A stretch of DNA of 49,270 bases from a bacterium (GCA_963613305.1 CAVDZW010000085.1:1-49270); one strand, 5' to 3'; shown: positions 17,964-27,651, counted from the stretch's first letter. Notes: generated from the letters alone by a model not told the origin. Translations and numbers: made by a program.

Positions 17964-18536
17964 TTGAAATCTCAGTACATCGCCCACGTGGGCGTCATCG
18001 CGGCAATCTATGCGGTCTGCACGCTCTTTGCGCTGCTGTTCCTCGGCAGCCTTGCCTGGGGCCCCATCCAGTTCCGCGTTTCGGAGGCGCTCTGCGTGCT
18101 CGCGCTCTTTACGCCGGCGGCCGTCCCCGGTCTCACGCTCGGCTGCGTGATCGCTAACGTGGCGAATATCGCCCTCTCGGGCACCGGCATGCTCGGCATG
18201 CTCGACGTGGTCTTTGGCTCGCTCGCGACCTTTGCGGGCGCGCTCTTTACCTACAAGATGCGCAACCGCCCGCTGCTCGCCATCCTCGGTCCCGTCGTTG
18301 CCAACGCGCTGATCGTACCGGCCTACCTGCCGATTCTCCTCAAGGCCACGGGCTTCTACACCATCCCGTTCACCTCGATCGCGCTCGACGGCTCCTGGGG
18401 CCTCATGTATCTGTTCGGCCTCGTTACGACGGGTGCCGGCGAGGCCGTGGTGCTCTATGTGCTCGGTTACCCGCTCGCTCGCTCGCTTGCCAAGACGCCG
18501 TATTTTAAGGGTGAGGCTCCGGCCAAGCTCGCCTAG
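17964..18536 (+). CDS. queT: Queuosine precursor ECF transporter S component
   Basis: IAAIY...GPIQFRVSEAL, GLTLGC.IAN, DVVFGSLAT. TTG start after RBS aaggtgg. Confidence 0.85.
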   Translation: MKSQYIAHVGVIAAIYAVCTLFALLFLGSLAWGPIQFRVSEALCVLALFTPAAVPGLTLGCVIANVANIALSGTGMLGMLDVVFGSLATFAGALFTYKMRNRPLLAILGPVVANALIVPAYLPILLKATGFYTIPFTSIALDGSWGLMYLFGLVTTGAGEAVVLYVLGYPLARSLAKTPYFKGEAPAKLA

Positions 18537-18775
18537 CGGCTCTGTTTCGTTTGGGCCTCGAACTTACTCGGGGCCTTGCTTCTTTTGGGGTGCGCTATCG
18601 ATCGGCGCCAAAGCCGAACACCGTCCCCGTCTGTGTGGATTATTGCTCCCCGTCTTCTAATAAATCCCCGGTATGCCCGGTTATTCGCGTCCGGGCCGTG
18701 GGATATAGTAGAGGAGGCGGAAGGCCTGCGGCGCAGAGGGCGCCGCGTCGTGCCCGCAGACAGGAGTGTTGAGCC

Positions 18776-19960
18776 GTGAACCCCGTCATCGTCATCCCGA
18801 CCTATTGGGCCGGCGATAATCTCAGCTCCCGGGTCCCGGGCTCCTACGACCATGCCACGCTTCTGAACGACGAGAACCCGGATCTTGAGCGCTGCCTTGC
18901 CTCGCTCGAGCAGGTACGCGACCTTTGCCGCATCATTTTGCTTGTCGTATGCCCCAAATCGGCCACGGCCGACGTGGCCCTACGCGTTGAGGCTATCGCC
19001 AACGCGCACGAGAACATGGACATCCGCATCGTCACCAACGTGGAGGCGGGGCGCATCGCCGACCGCATCGGCGAGCTCGTCCCGCACGACACAGGCGAGT
19101 GTGTGTCGCTGCGCGGCTACGGCGCCATCAGGAACATGGGGCTCGCGGTTGCGGCCATCCTGGGTCACGATGCGGTGATCTTTGTGGACGACGACGAGGT
19201 CGTCCTCGGCCCCGACTTCATGGCGCAGGCGCTCTACGCGCTCGGTCAGGAGAACCGCCAGGGGCTCCCCATCCTCGCCAAGACCGGCTACTTTTACGAC
19301 CGCGAGGGCTCTCCTCTTGCCGATGCCACCAAGGCGGGAATCACGCATCGCTGGTGGACCAAGCGCATCGAGTTCAACCGCTGGATGAAGCGCGCCCTCG
19401 CCGGTACGCGCGTGAGCCGCTCGAACTACGTGTGCGGCGGCCTTTTTGCCCTGCATGCGCGCGCCTTCACGCGCGTGTCGTTCGACCCGTTCATTACCCG
19501 CGGGGAGGACCTCGACTATCTCTTTAACATGCGCATGATGGGGCTCGATGTCTGGTTCGACAACGAGTGGGTCGTGCGGCATCTGCCGCCCGCCGTCGAG
19601 CAGCGCGCCCCGCGCTTTATGCAGGACGTCTACCGCTGGTACTACGAGCGCGCCAAGCTCTCCGCCGCGGCGCACCGCAAGGAGCTGAACCCGGTGACGT
19701 CTGCGAGCCTCATGCCCTATCCGGGCCCCTGGATCGGCCCCGAGCTCGACGAGCGCGTGCGCAAGACCGCACTCGTTCGCTCGCTCCTCACGCGCGAGCG
19801 TAAGGCCTATCGCAACATTTACCTGCACGGACGAGACGACGCCCGACGCTATGCGCGGCAGAACGCGGGCGCCTACCTCAGGTTCCAGAGCTTTTGGCCG
19901 AGCATCATGGACGGCCTCTGGAGGGACGCCGAACTCGCCCACCTGCTCGAAAGGAACTAA
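18776..19960 (+). CDS. GT-A fold (GT2-like) glycosyltransferase
   Basis: VIVIPTY, GYGAIRN, FVDDDE (DxD), RGEDLD. Confidence 0.75.
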   Translation: MNPVIVIPTYWAGDNLSSRVPGSYDHATLLNDENPDLERCLASLEQVRDLCRIILLVVCPKSATADVALRVEAIANAHENMDIRIVTNVEAGRIADRIGELVPHDTGECVSLRGYGAIRNMGLAVAAILGHDAVIFVDDDEVVLGPDFMAQALYALGQENRQGLPILAKTGYFYDREGSPLADATKAGITHRWWTKRIEFNRWMKRALAGTRVSRSNYVCGGLFALHARAFTRVSFDPFITRGEDLDYLFNMRMMGLDVWFDNEWVVRHLPPAVEQRAPRFMQDVYRWYYERAKLSAAAHRKELNPVTSASLMPYPGPWIGPELDERVRKTALVRSLLTRERKAYRNIYLHGRDDARRYARQNAGAYLRFQSFWPSIMDGLWRDAELAHLLERN

Positions 19961-19963
19961 GCT

Positions 19964-21319
19964 ATGAATCCCAAACCCGCGCCGCAGCAGACGCGCGCCT
20001 ACGACGCCACGGCGAACGTGTTCCGCGTGCTCTCGCTCGTCTGCGCGCTAATCCTCGTCTTCTACTTTGTCTTTGCGCTGGCCACCGGCATGGAGCCGGT
20101 CGTCACGGTGCTTGCTTGCGCGCTTTTGGCCTCGTTCTTCTCGATCTTCGTGTATCTCTGCCGCAACCCCGACACCATGCGCTCGCAGTATACCGAGGAG
20201 ACCCTCCTGGTGGTCTCGCGCATGCTCGAGGACATTCGCGGCGGCCTTACGCCCGAGAGCGCCGGCGCGATTTGCCGCAGGATTCTGCCCGAGACGCGTG
20301 CCATGACGGTGGCGATTACCGACACCACCTGCGTGCTCGCCTGCGTGGGCGAGCTCGCCGACGCGTTCAAGCCCGGCTCTCCCATCCATACTCCGGCCAC
20401 GCACTATGTGATCGACCACGGCATCGTGCAGTCGTTTGCGCACGTGGTCGATATTCCTAACGACCTCGGGAGCCGCAGCACCATTCCGGCGGGTATCATC
20501 GCGCCCATCAAGGTGGGCGGCCGCACGGTGGGCACGCTCAAGTTCTATTTTAAGAACTCGCGTCAGGTCAACCGCACCCAGTACGCGCTCGCCGCGGGTT
20601 TTGCCGAGGTGCTCTCGACGCAGCTCGCCATCCACGAGCTCGAGACCCAAAAGGAGCTCACCACCCGCGCCGAGATGCGAGCGCTGCAGGCGCAGATCAA
20701 CCCGCATTTTCTCTTTAACACGCTCAACACCATCGCGGCCTATACACGCATGGACCCGCCGCGCGCCCGCGAGCTTTTGCGCGAGTTCGCCTCGTTCTAC
20801 CGTGCCACGCTCGACAACTCGGGCTCGCTCATTCCGGTCTCGCGCGAGGTCCAGCAGACCAAGCGCTATCTCGTGTTCGAAAAGGCCCGTTTTGGCGACG
20901 ACCGCATCTGCGACTCGTTCTACGTCGAGGACGACGTGGCCGACACGAACGTGCCCGCGTTTATCATCCAGCCGCTCGTCGAGAACGCCGTGCGCCACGG
21001 CATGCGCGATGACGCTCCGCTCAAGATCGAGGTCTCGGTGGTCGAGGACGGCGAGAACGCGATTCTCATCACGGTGAGCGACGACGGCGCCGGCATGGAT
21101 GCCGAGACCGCGGCGCGCCTCTTTGACGAAAAGACCGCCGAGCCCGATGCTTCCGCCCCGCAGGGGAGCGGTGCCGGAGTCGCCATGCACAACATCTCCG
21201 AGCGAATCCGCAAGTTCTACGGTCCGCGTTCCTTTGCTCACGTCGAATCGACCGTGGGCGCGGGAACGAGCATCTTTTTGCATCTCGATTTGCAAGAAAG
21301 TATCTTTGTTGAAGGGTAA
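19964..21319 (+). CDS. LytS-type sensor histidine kinase (2 TM, GAF-like, His_kinase, HATPase)
   Basis: ALQAQINPHFLFNTLNTI, QPLVENAVRHG, DDGAGM, GAGVAMHNI. Confidence 0.92.
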   Translation: MNPKPAPQQTRAYDATANVFRVLSLVCALILVFYFVFALATGMEPVVTVLACALLASFFSIFVYLCRNPDTMRSQYTEETLLVVSRMLEDIRGGLTPESAGAICRRILPETRAMTVAITDTTCVLACVGELADAFKPGSPIHTPATHYVIDHGIVQSFAHVVDIPNDLGSRSTIPAGIIAPIKVGGRTVGTLKFYFKNSRQVNRTQYALAAGFAEVLSTQLAIHELETQKELTTRAEMRALQAQINPHFLFNTLNTIAAYTRMDPPRARELLREFASFYRATLDNSGSLIPVSREVQQTKRYLVFEKARFGDDRICDSFYVEDDVADTNVPAFIIQPLVENAVRHGMRDDAPLKIEVSVVEDGENAILITVSDDGAGMDAETAARLFDEKTAEPDASAPQGSGAGVAMHNISERIRKFYGPRSFAHVESTVGAGTSIFLHLDLQESIFVEG

Positions 21320-21391
21320 ACTATTTACCTGTTGCTGAGTTAAGCGGAAGGTCCGTGCGCTCAGACTTCCCGAATGAAAGGTTGAGACGCT

Positions 21392-22108
21392 ATGCTGCGT
21401 GCCATGATCGTTGACGACGAAGCCCCCGCACGCTCGGAACTCAAGTTCCTACTCGAGCAGACGGGCAAGATCGGATCGATCTCGGAGGCCTCGAGCGTTC
21501 GCTCTGCCATCGAGATGCTCATGGAGAACCGCGTTGACGTTGTGTTTCTCGACATCTCCATGCCGGGCGCCTCGGGTCTGCAGCTGGCCGAGGCCCTGCA
21601 CAAGCTCAAGAACCCGCCCGCGATCGTCTTTGTGACCGCCTACAGCGACCATGCGGTGGAGGCCTTTGAGGTCGACGCCGTCGACTATCTTATGAAGCCC
21701 GTTGAGGAGGCTCGCCTCGACCAAGCGATCGGCAAGGTGCTCGCGCGCGTTAAGCCGCAGACCGAGACCAAGGCGTCGGTGGAGCGCATTCCCGTCGAAA
21801 AGGGCGGCCGCAAGGTGCTCATCCCCGTGGACCAGATTCGCTACATCATGGCCAAGGACGACTACTCCTGCATCTTTACCGACGAGGACCGCTTTTTGTC
21901 CACGACGTCGCTCGCCCAGTTCGAGGCCAAGCTTTGCGAGTTCGGGTTCTTCCGCGTGCACCGTCGCTATATTGTGAACCTCGCCTGCGTCGAGGACGTC
22001 GAGACGGTGGCCTCCGGTGCCATTCAGCTCGGTATCACCGGGGTGGAGGACCGTATTCCCGTGAGCCGCCGTCGCGTGGTTCCGCTCAAAAAGGCCCTGA
22101 GCCTGTAG
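21392..22108 (+). CDS. LytTR-family response regulator
   Basis: IVDDE, FLDISMPG, FVTAY, DYLMKP, FFRVHRRYIVN, PVSRR. Confidence 0.95.
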   Translation: MLRAMIVDDEAPARSELKFLLEQTGKIGSISEASSVRSAIEMLMENRVDVVFLDISMPGASGLQLAEALHKLKNPPAIVFVTAYSDHAVEAFEVDAVDYLMKPVEEARLDQAIGKVLARVKPQTETKASVERIPVEKGGRKVLIPVDQIRYIMAKDDYSCIFTDEDRFLSTTSLAQFEAKLCEFGFFRVHRRYIVNLACVEDVETVASGAIQLGITGVEDRIPVSRRRVVPLKKALSL

Positions 22109-22163
22109 TTGTTTGCAAACCGTAGAGAAGGTTCGAAGAAGAGACGGACCGAAGGGAGCCGCC

Positions 22164-22628
22164 ATGGAGCTCGAGAACGCACGCCGCATCGACATCGTTT
22201 CCGATACCCACGGGCATCTTTCGGGTGAGCTCTTGCGGGAGCTTGCGGGTGCCGACCTTATCGTGCACGCGGGCGATCTCACGTCCGAGCAGGATTACGA
22301 GCATCTCAAGACCATCGCGCCGATTCGCGCCGTGCTCGGCAACAACGACTTCTTTTACGACTACGGCCCCGAGGTCGTGCAGCTTGCCACCTTTGAGTTC
22401 GAGGGTGTCTCGTTTGCTGTGGCCCACTATCGCGAGGACCTTCCCATCGGCAAAGTCGATGTGGCCGTGTGCGGGCATACGCACCGTTGCGCCGAGGACC
22501 GCGTGGGCTCCACGCTCGTCATCAATCCGGGTTCGGCTTCGTATCCCCGCGGCAGCCGCGGCGCTACCATCGCGCGCCTTTGGGTCCACGCGGGTGCGGT
22601 GCTCGACTGCTCGTTTATCGATCTTTAA
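22164..22628 (+). CDS. YfcE/MJ0936-family metallophosphoesterase
   Basis: SDTHG, HAGD, GNND, GHTH, INPGS. Confidence 0.9.
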   Translation: MELENARRIDIVSDTHGHLSGELLRELAGADLIVHAGDLTSEQDYEHLKTIAPIRAVLGNNDFFYDYGPEVVQLATFEFEGVSFAVAHYREDLPIGKVDVAVCGHTHRCAEDRVGSTLVINPGSASYPRGSRGATIARLWVHAGAVLDCSFIDL

Positions 22629-22661
22629 AGCCGCCGGGCTTTATTTACCCCTCTGACCTGC

Positions 22662-22714
22662 GAACTTTTTTTCTAAAAAAGTTCTTGCGTGCGCCCTGAG
22701 ATTCTGTGTATACT
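22662..22714 (+). promoter_or_regulatory. tRNA promoter with A/T-tract upstream element
   Basis: -35 TTGCGT 22685, 18-nt spacer, -10 TATACT 22709; palindromic gaactttttt..aaaaaagttc upstream. Confidence 0.7.
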
Positions 22715-22747
22715 AATCCCCGCAGCGCACGCGAGTGCGAACTGCCT

Positions 22748-22825
<78 letters not shown>

Positions 22826-22834
22826 TCGAATGTT

Positions 22835-22864
22835 AAAAGCCTCGTCTTCGGACGGGGCTTTTTT
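22835..22864 (+). terminator. tRNA terminator
   Basis: aaaagcctcgtc-ttcg-gacggggctttttt. Confidence 0.85.
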
Positions 22865-23295
22865 CATAGGTATTAACCCTGCGGCCCGATGCCTTTGGGG
22901 AAGCACGGAAGAAGCGCGTAGGGTGACGGCCCGCGCTGGGCGAGCGGCGCCGGCAGCGGTCGTGCAGCGCGGGCTTACACGAACGGCGTTCACATCTCCT
23001 CCATAAGTTTGAGCGGGCCTCGAAACCTTATAAAAAGGGGTGTTGGCATGTCTGCTCTGGTGATGGGTCAGTAATTACCGGCGCTACCATGCATTTGTTC
23101 TTAAATACGAACGCTTATCTGCTCGGATTGCATAATCCCGTTTGTCGGCCGGGTAATCTTACCTGCCATTTGTCGACATGTTCACTCGAGGGCGTACGAA
23201 TTATCCGGGTATAGGGTGTATAGTTTTATCCTAATGGCGCGGGGTTGTTTTCCGTCCATTATTGGCGGTAGGCGGCCTGCAATAGAGGGGTAGAG

Positions 23296-23784
23296 ATGGA
23301 CATCTCCAGGAAGACAGACTACGCACTGCGCATGTTGTCGATTCTTGCACAAGGTGACAACGGCCTTCTTTCGGTGCGAGCTGCTGCCGACGAGGTCGAT
23401 GTGCCCTATTCTTTTGCTCGTTCCATTCAGCACGGGCTGGTTCAGGCCGGGATTATCGAGAGCCTGCGCGGCGTTCACGGCGGTATGCGCCTTAAGGTCA
23501 AGCCGTCTGAGGTGACGATCCGCCAGGTGGTTGAGGCCGTACAAGGCCCGCTGACCATGAACGACTGCACCGCCGAGGGCGCGACCTGTTCGCGCATGAA
23601 CGGCTGCTGTTATCATCCCTTGTGGATCGGCACGCAGGAGCTCGTGCGCAACTACCTTGATTCCGTTACGCTCGAGGACGTTGTTTGCGGCAAGAACGCG
23701 CCTGCGGTTGACCCCAAGTTTGCCGACCGTTCTGCGTTTACCGAATACGTCTTGAGCGCCGAGGAATGCCGCTGCGGTAAGTAG
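23296..23784 (+). CDS. Rrf2-family transcriptional regulator (IscR/NsrR-like)
   Basis: ISRKTDYALR, IESLRGVHGG, VVEAVQGP, and a Cys cluster (C..C..CC). Confidence 0.9.
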   Translation: MDISRKTDYALRMLSILAQGDNGLLSVRAAADEVDVPYSFARSIQHGLVQAGIIESLRGVHGGMRLKVKPSEVTIRQVVEAVQGPLTMNDCTAEGATCSRMNGCCYHPLWIGTQELVRNYLDSVTLEDVVCGKNAPAVDPKFADRSAFTEYVLSAEECRCGK

Positions 23785-23825
23785 CTGCGGTTTGTGCCCT
23801 CGTCGCCCGATGAGGAGCACCTAAT

Positions 23826-24866
23826 ATGACACCAGACCCCTTTCGCCAGCTTGTCCGTGCGGAAGGGGTTCGTTTGTATCGAGACCTCCCGTGGCGAAAC
23901 ACGCGCGACCCGTATGGCATTTGGCTCTCGGAGGTCATGCTGCAGCAAACGCAGGTGGCACGTGTGCTGGAACGCTGGCCGCAGTGGCTGGAACGCTTCC
24001 CCGATGTGCAGACGTTGGCCGCCGCGCCCACAGTGGACGTTTTGGCCGCTTGGCAGGGGATGGGCTACAACCGGCGGGCGCTTGCGCTCAAAGCTGGGGC
24101 TGAGGAGGTCGTGCGTACCTGGGACGGCGCGTTTCCGCACGAGACGCGCGAGCTGTGCGCGCTGCCGGGGATTGGCCCCGCCACAGCACAGGGGATCCGC
24201 TCGTTTGCATTCAACCTGCCGGGCGTGTATCTGGAGACCAACGTGCGCACGGTGATGCTGCATCAGTTCTTCCCCGAGATGGACGCCGTGCCCGATCGCG
24301 AACTGATCCCGTTGGTGGAGGCGACCTGTCCTGCGGCGCCTGCAAGCGTGGAGGCTTCGCAGCGAAGTGTTGACGGGTCGGAGAACGCCGCCGCGGGCAG
24401 CGCTTCGGGTGTTGTCGCGGGAACCACGGGCAAGGGTATCGGCGTCGCTGCATGTGGTGTTCAAGCAGATGCCGAGGGCGCCTCCGCTGCAGCCAGTCCC
24501 TACGCTGAACCCATGGACGCACAGGACACACCACGCGCCTGGTACTACGCGATGCTCGATTACGGGGCGTATCTCAAAAAGACGATCCCCAACCCTTCGC
24601 GGCGTTCCAAGTCCTACGCGCGGCAGAGCAAGTTCGAGGGCTCGCGGCGCCAGAAGCGTGCCGAGCTGGTGCGCATGCTGCTCGAGGCCGGGGCTGCGGG
24701 TTGTACGGGTGCGGAGCTGCACGGGCGGCTCTCCGCTGTGGAGATAGCCGCGGGCAGGGAGCCGGTGGCAGGCGAACTCGTTCAGGAGATTCTTGCCGAC
24801 CTTGAACGCGAGGGGTTTTGCGCGCGCGAGGATGATACTCCGGGCGCCGTGTGGCGTATCGCGTAG
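23826..24866 (+). CDS. mutY: A/G-specific adenine glycosylase, MutY-like, lacking the Fe-S motif
   Basis: RDLPWR, SEVMLQQT, WQGMGYNRRA, HhH LPGIGPATA, ETNV. No CX6CX2CX5C motif. Confidence 0.85.
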   Translation: MTPDPFRQLVRAEGVRLYRDLPWRNTRDPYGIWLSEVMLQQTQVARVLERWPQWLERFPDVQTLAAAPTVDVLAAWQGMGYNRRALALKAGAEEVVRTWDGAFPHETRELCALPGIGPATAQGIRSFAFNLPGVYLETNVRTVMLHQFFPEMDAVPDRELIPLVEATCPAAPASVEASQRSVDGSENAAAGSASGVVAGTTGKGIGVAACGVQADAEGASAAASPYAEPMDAQDTPRAWYYAMLDYGAYLKKTIPNPSRRSKSYARQSKFEGSRRQKRAELVRMLLEAGAAGCTGAELHGRLSAVEIAAGREPVAGELVQEILADLEREGFCAREDDTPGAVWRIA

Positions 24867-25051
24867 GGTAGCGGCTGCCCTGTTATCGCGCTCCGCCTCT
24901 TGTGCTGCGGGCAAGCTGCCCCTCAGCCTCACAAGCTGCTTCCTGCAGACCTGCTTCTGATGCTCAGGCTCTATCTCGCAACGCGGTGAAAAAGGGAAGC
25001 CAAACGTTAGCCCCGCTGGGTATAAACGAGTCGCTTGTTGTGGCTAGTATT

Positions 25052-25076
25052 CTTATTAGGAATCAGTTACAATAAG
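25052..25076. promoter_or_regulatory. Candidate PerR/Fur-family operator upstream of rubrerythrin
   Basis: AT-rich imperfect palindrome cttatt-aggaatcagttac-aataag. Confidence 0.5.
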
Positions 25077-25126
25077 TAAAAGCAGCTCGCCTGCTGCTGA
25101 ACACACCGTATCGAAGGGATTGCATC

Positions 25127-25666
25127 ATGGATTTCGAGAACTCCCAGACCAAGAAGAACCTGGAGGCCGCGTTTGCCGGCGAGTCCCAGGCGCACACCAA
25201 GTATCGTTACTACGCCTCGCGCGCCAAGAAGGACGGCTACGTGCAGATCTCGAACATCTTTACCGAGACGGCCGGCAACGAGGCCGAGCACGCCAAGCTG
25301 TGGTTTAAGTACCTGCACGATGGCGCCGTGCCTGACACCCTGCAGAACCTGAAGGACGCCGCTGCGGGCGAGAACTACGAGTGGACTGAGATGTACGAGG
25401 ACTTTGCCAAGACGGCAGAGGCCGAGGGCTTTACCGAGATCGCTGAGAAGTTCCGTGGCGTGGGCGCTGTTGAGAAGGCGCACGAGGAGCGCTATCAGAA
25501 GCTTGCCGAGCGCGTGGAGGCCGGCGAGGTCTTTACGCACGAGGGCGTGAAGGTTTGGAAGTGCCTGAACTGCGGCCATCTGCACGTTGGCCCCGAGGCT
25601 CCTGAGGTCTGCCCGGTCTGCAACCATCCGCGCAGCTACTTTGAGGAGCAGGTCGTCAACTACTAA
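25127..25666 (+). CDS. rbr: Rubrerythrin
   Basis: [28 protein letters not shown]; rubredoxin-like CLNCG...CPVC. Confidence 0.95.
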   Translation: MDFENSQTKKNLEAAFAGESQAHTKYRYYASRAKKDGYVQISNIFTETAGNEAEHAKLWFKYLHDGAVPDTLQNLKDAAAGENYEWTEMYEDFAKTAEAEGFTEIAEKFRGVGAVEKAHEERYQKLAERVEAGEVFTHEGVKVWKCLNCGHLHVGPEAPEVCPVCNHPRSYFEEQVVNY

Positions 25667-25692
25667 GCAGCTGCTTAGCCTGTTTTGTGAAT

Positions 25693-25729
25693 AACGGGAG
25701 TCGGGCCGGACGGTTCGGCTCCCGTTTTT
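25693..25729 (+). terminator. Rubrerythrin terminator
   Basis: aacgggagtcgggccg-ga-cggttcggctcccgtt-ttt. Confidence 0.8.
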
Positions 25730-26136
25730 GTTGTAGCGCACCATGCTGTCGGCTGGCATGCGGGGCGGGGATGTCCGTCTCGGTGCGCACGTCCATGAAG
25801 GGTAGGCGGGGATTCTGTTTACTCTCGGCACGCTCCCCGCTTGGATGTGCCCAGCAGCTTGTTCTGACCGCCTGTTTCGGTCTGTGCGCGGACCGGTAAG
25901 GTCGTGTCGGCGCGAGCGATAGGTTTGGGGCAAGGTGTTGACGGGAGCGCGGGCGATGAGTTGAAGCTTTGCAACAAAGCTCAACAAAAGTGCAGGTAGA
26001 TGATATAGCGCAGGCTTTTGAGGCCTAGGGTGGGCCTCATTTTTATGCGCAAAGGGCGCTGTGGGCATTGCTGGGGGAGCGCCCATTTGGCACGGTGGAG
26101 AGGTAGAAACCTTGGGCCTTGAACGGGGGAGCGGGG

Positions 26137-26655
26137 ATGGATCTTTTCTTGGAAACCTCTGCGCGGCGGGCGCGTCGGTTGGCTGCTGGGGACGGTGCTG
26201 CTGTATCGGGCTTCTCGGGTCTTTGGAGCGGAGCCGATGCCGTGGCGTCTCCGTGCGAGGCGCCGAAGGCGCGCGAGCGCGCGGAGACAGCTGGGGGAAC
26301 GACGGCAGCTGGGGGAACGACGGCACTGGCTGCTCCAGAGAGGCGTGGAATCTTTAGCCGGCGCAAAGAAAAGGCGCCGGCCGTGCACGAGGAGTATTCG
26401 ATTCAGCAGGAGAGCTATCGAGCGGAGCTTGCGTTCGATAGGGCGCGTGAACGGCGGCGAAAATTCCTGGCCGTTGTGCGCGCGCTCGCGATGGTTGTGC
26501 TCGTTCCGCTGGGGCTGGTGCTCCTCTTTGTGGGGTCGTATTCGCTCACCTGCATTTTGCATGGCGCCACGCCCGATGAGGTGGTGGAGCTATTGCAGAT
26601 GATGTTTGAGCGGGTGTGCTCCTTTGCGGCGAGCTTCGGTTGGCCTGCGCTCTAG
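26137..26655 (+). CDS. Hypothetical membrane-anchored protein (start uncertain)
   Basis: Low-complexity N-terminus, basic RERRRK patch, then one long hydrophobic helix. RBS-like gggggag. Confidence 0.55.
   Translation: MDLFLETSARRARRLAAGDGAAVSGFSGLWSGADAVASPCEAPKARERAETAGGTTAAGGTTALAAPERRGIFSRRKEKAPAVHEEYSIQQESYRAELAFDRARERRRKFLAVVRALAMVVLVPLGLVLLFVGSYSLTCILHGATPDEVVELLQMMFERVCSFAASFGWPAL
26288..26325 (+). repeat. 18-bp perfect tandem duplication
   Basis: cagctgggggaacgacgg twice, in frame (AGGTTA twice). Confidence 0.9.
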
Positions 26656-26661
26656 CGCTTT

Positions 26662-27396
26662 TTACGAACGCTCGGGACGTGTGGCGGTCTCGCGCACGGC
26701 AAAGTAGTAGGGGTGCTGGCGGATCTCGGAGTACTCGAACATCACGCCCTTGGAGTCAAAGTGCTGCCCCCTAAAGACGCCGACGGCCTTGAGCGAGGTG
26801 AGATCGAACACGCGGATGTCTTCCTCGTTGGCGGCCTCCATGGTGATGAGGCGCTTGCCGATGCCGATGGTGACCCCGATCTTCTCGAGGTAACCGTAGA
26901 GCGAGACGCGTGCCTGCTCGGCGGTGAGGCCGGGTGCCTCGGCGGCGAGCATCCACGACGACTCGATGGAGACGGCCACGCCGTCGGCTTGCCTAATGCG
27001 CTTGGTGAAGTAGACCTCGTCGCCTACGGCAAAGCCCGTGGTCTGGGCGAGGGCCTCATCGATGGTGAGCATGCGGAAGTCGAGGAGCGTGGTCGAGGGG
27101 GCAAACCCGATGCGCTTAGCCGTCTGGTTAAACGATTCAAGGCCGCCCATGGAGTAGCCGCCGTCGTTGTCGTCGGTCTCGGGGCGCCAGATCACGCGTA
27201 CACCCTTGCCCTGAATGGGCTGCACGTAGCCATCGCGGGCAAGCTCGGAGAGCGCGCGTCGCACGCTTGAGCGCGAGCAGCCGTAACGTGCGCAGAGCTC
27301 GTTTTCGGAGAGGAGCATCGACTGGTACGTGTAAAGACCGGTCTCGATGCTTTCTTTGATGTTGTCGTAGATCCCTCTGAAAATGCTTTTGGGCAT
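26662..27396 (-). CDS. TreR-like GntR/HutC regulator (HTH plus UTRA)
   Basis: SENEL...YGCSRSSVRRAL..L, IQGKGVRV, GLESF, FEYSEIRQHP..F. Confidence 0.88.
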   Translation of the reverse strand: MPKSIFRGIYDNIKESIETGLYTYQSMLLSENELCARYGCSRSSVRRALSELARDGYVQPIQGKGVRVIWRPETDDNDGGYSMGGLESFNQTAKRIGFAPSTTLLDFRMLTIDEALAQTTGFAVGDEVYFTKRIRQADGVAVSIESSWMLAAEAPGLTAEQARVSLYGYLEKIGVTIGIGKRLITMEAANEEDIRVFDLTSLKAVGVFRGQHFDSKGVMFEYSEIRQHPYYFAVRETATRPERS

Positions 27397-27477
27397 GGAC
27401 GTGTCTCGAATCTTTTGCAGCTTAGTAGGTGAACGGGGTGCGTTTATAGCATCGGTGCAGGTACATGATAGTGGAAT

Positions 27478-27651
27478 CTTGTTCGAACAAGCAATAAAAA
27501 CAGAGGGGGTTACCGCTTCTGAAATATCCTATTTCGGACTGCCTCTGCACGTTTACCGCCAAATTGCTACCGTTCACAGCTTGTTCGAACAAGTCAGGAG
27601 AAGCTTGTTCGAACAAGTGCGTATAGTACCCATTGAACTTGTTCGCACAAG
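27478..27651. promoter_or_regulatory. Four palindromic operators CTTGTTCGAACAAG
   Basis: Perfect copies at 27478-27491, 27580-27593 and 27604-27617; one-mismatch copy at 27638-27651. Confidence 0.85.

Noticed and set aside
27478..27651. 14-bp repeats considered as a mini-CRISPR or iterons
   Set aside because: Too short and irregularly spaced; palindromic and located between a repressor and its likely target.
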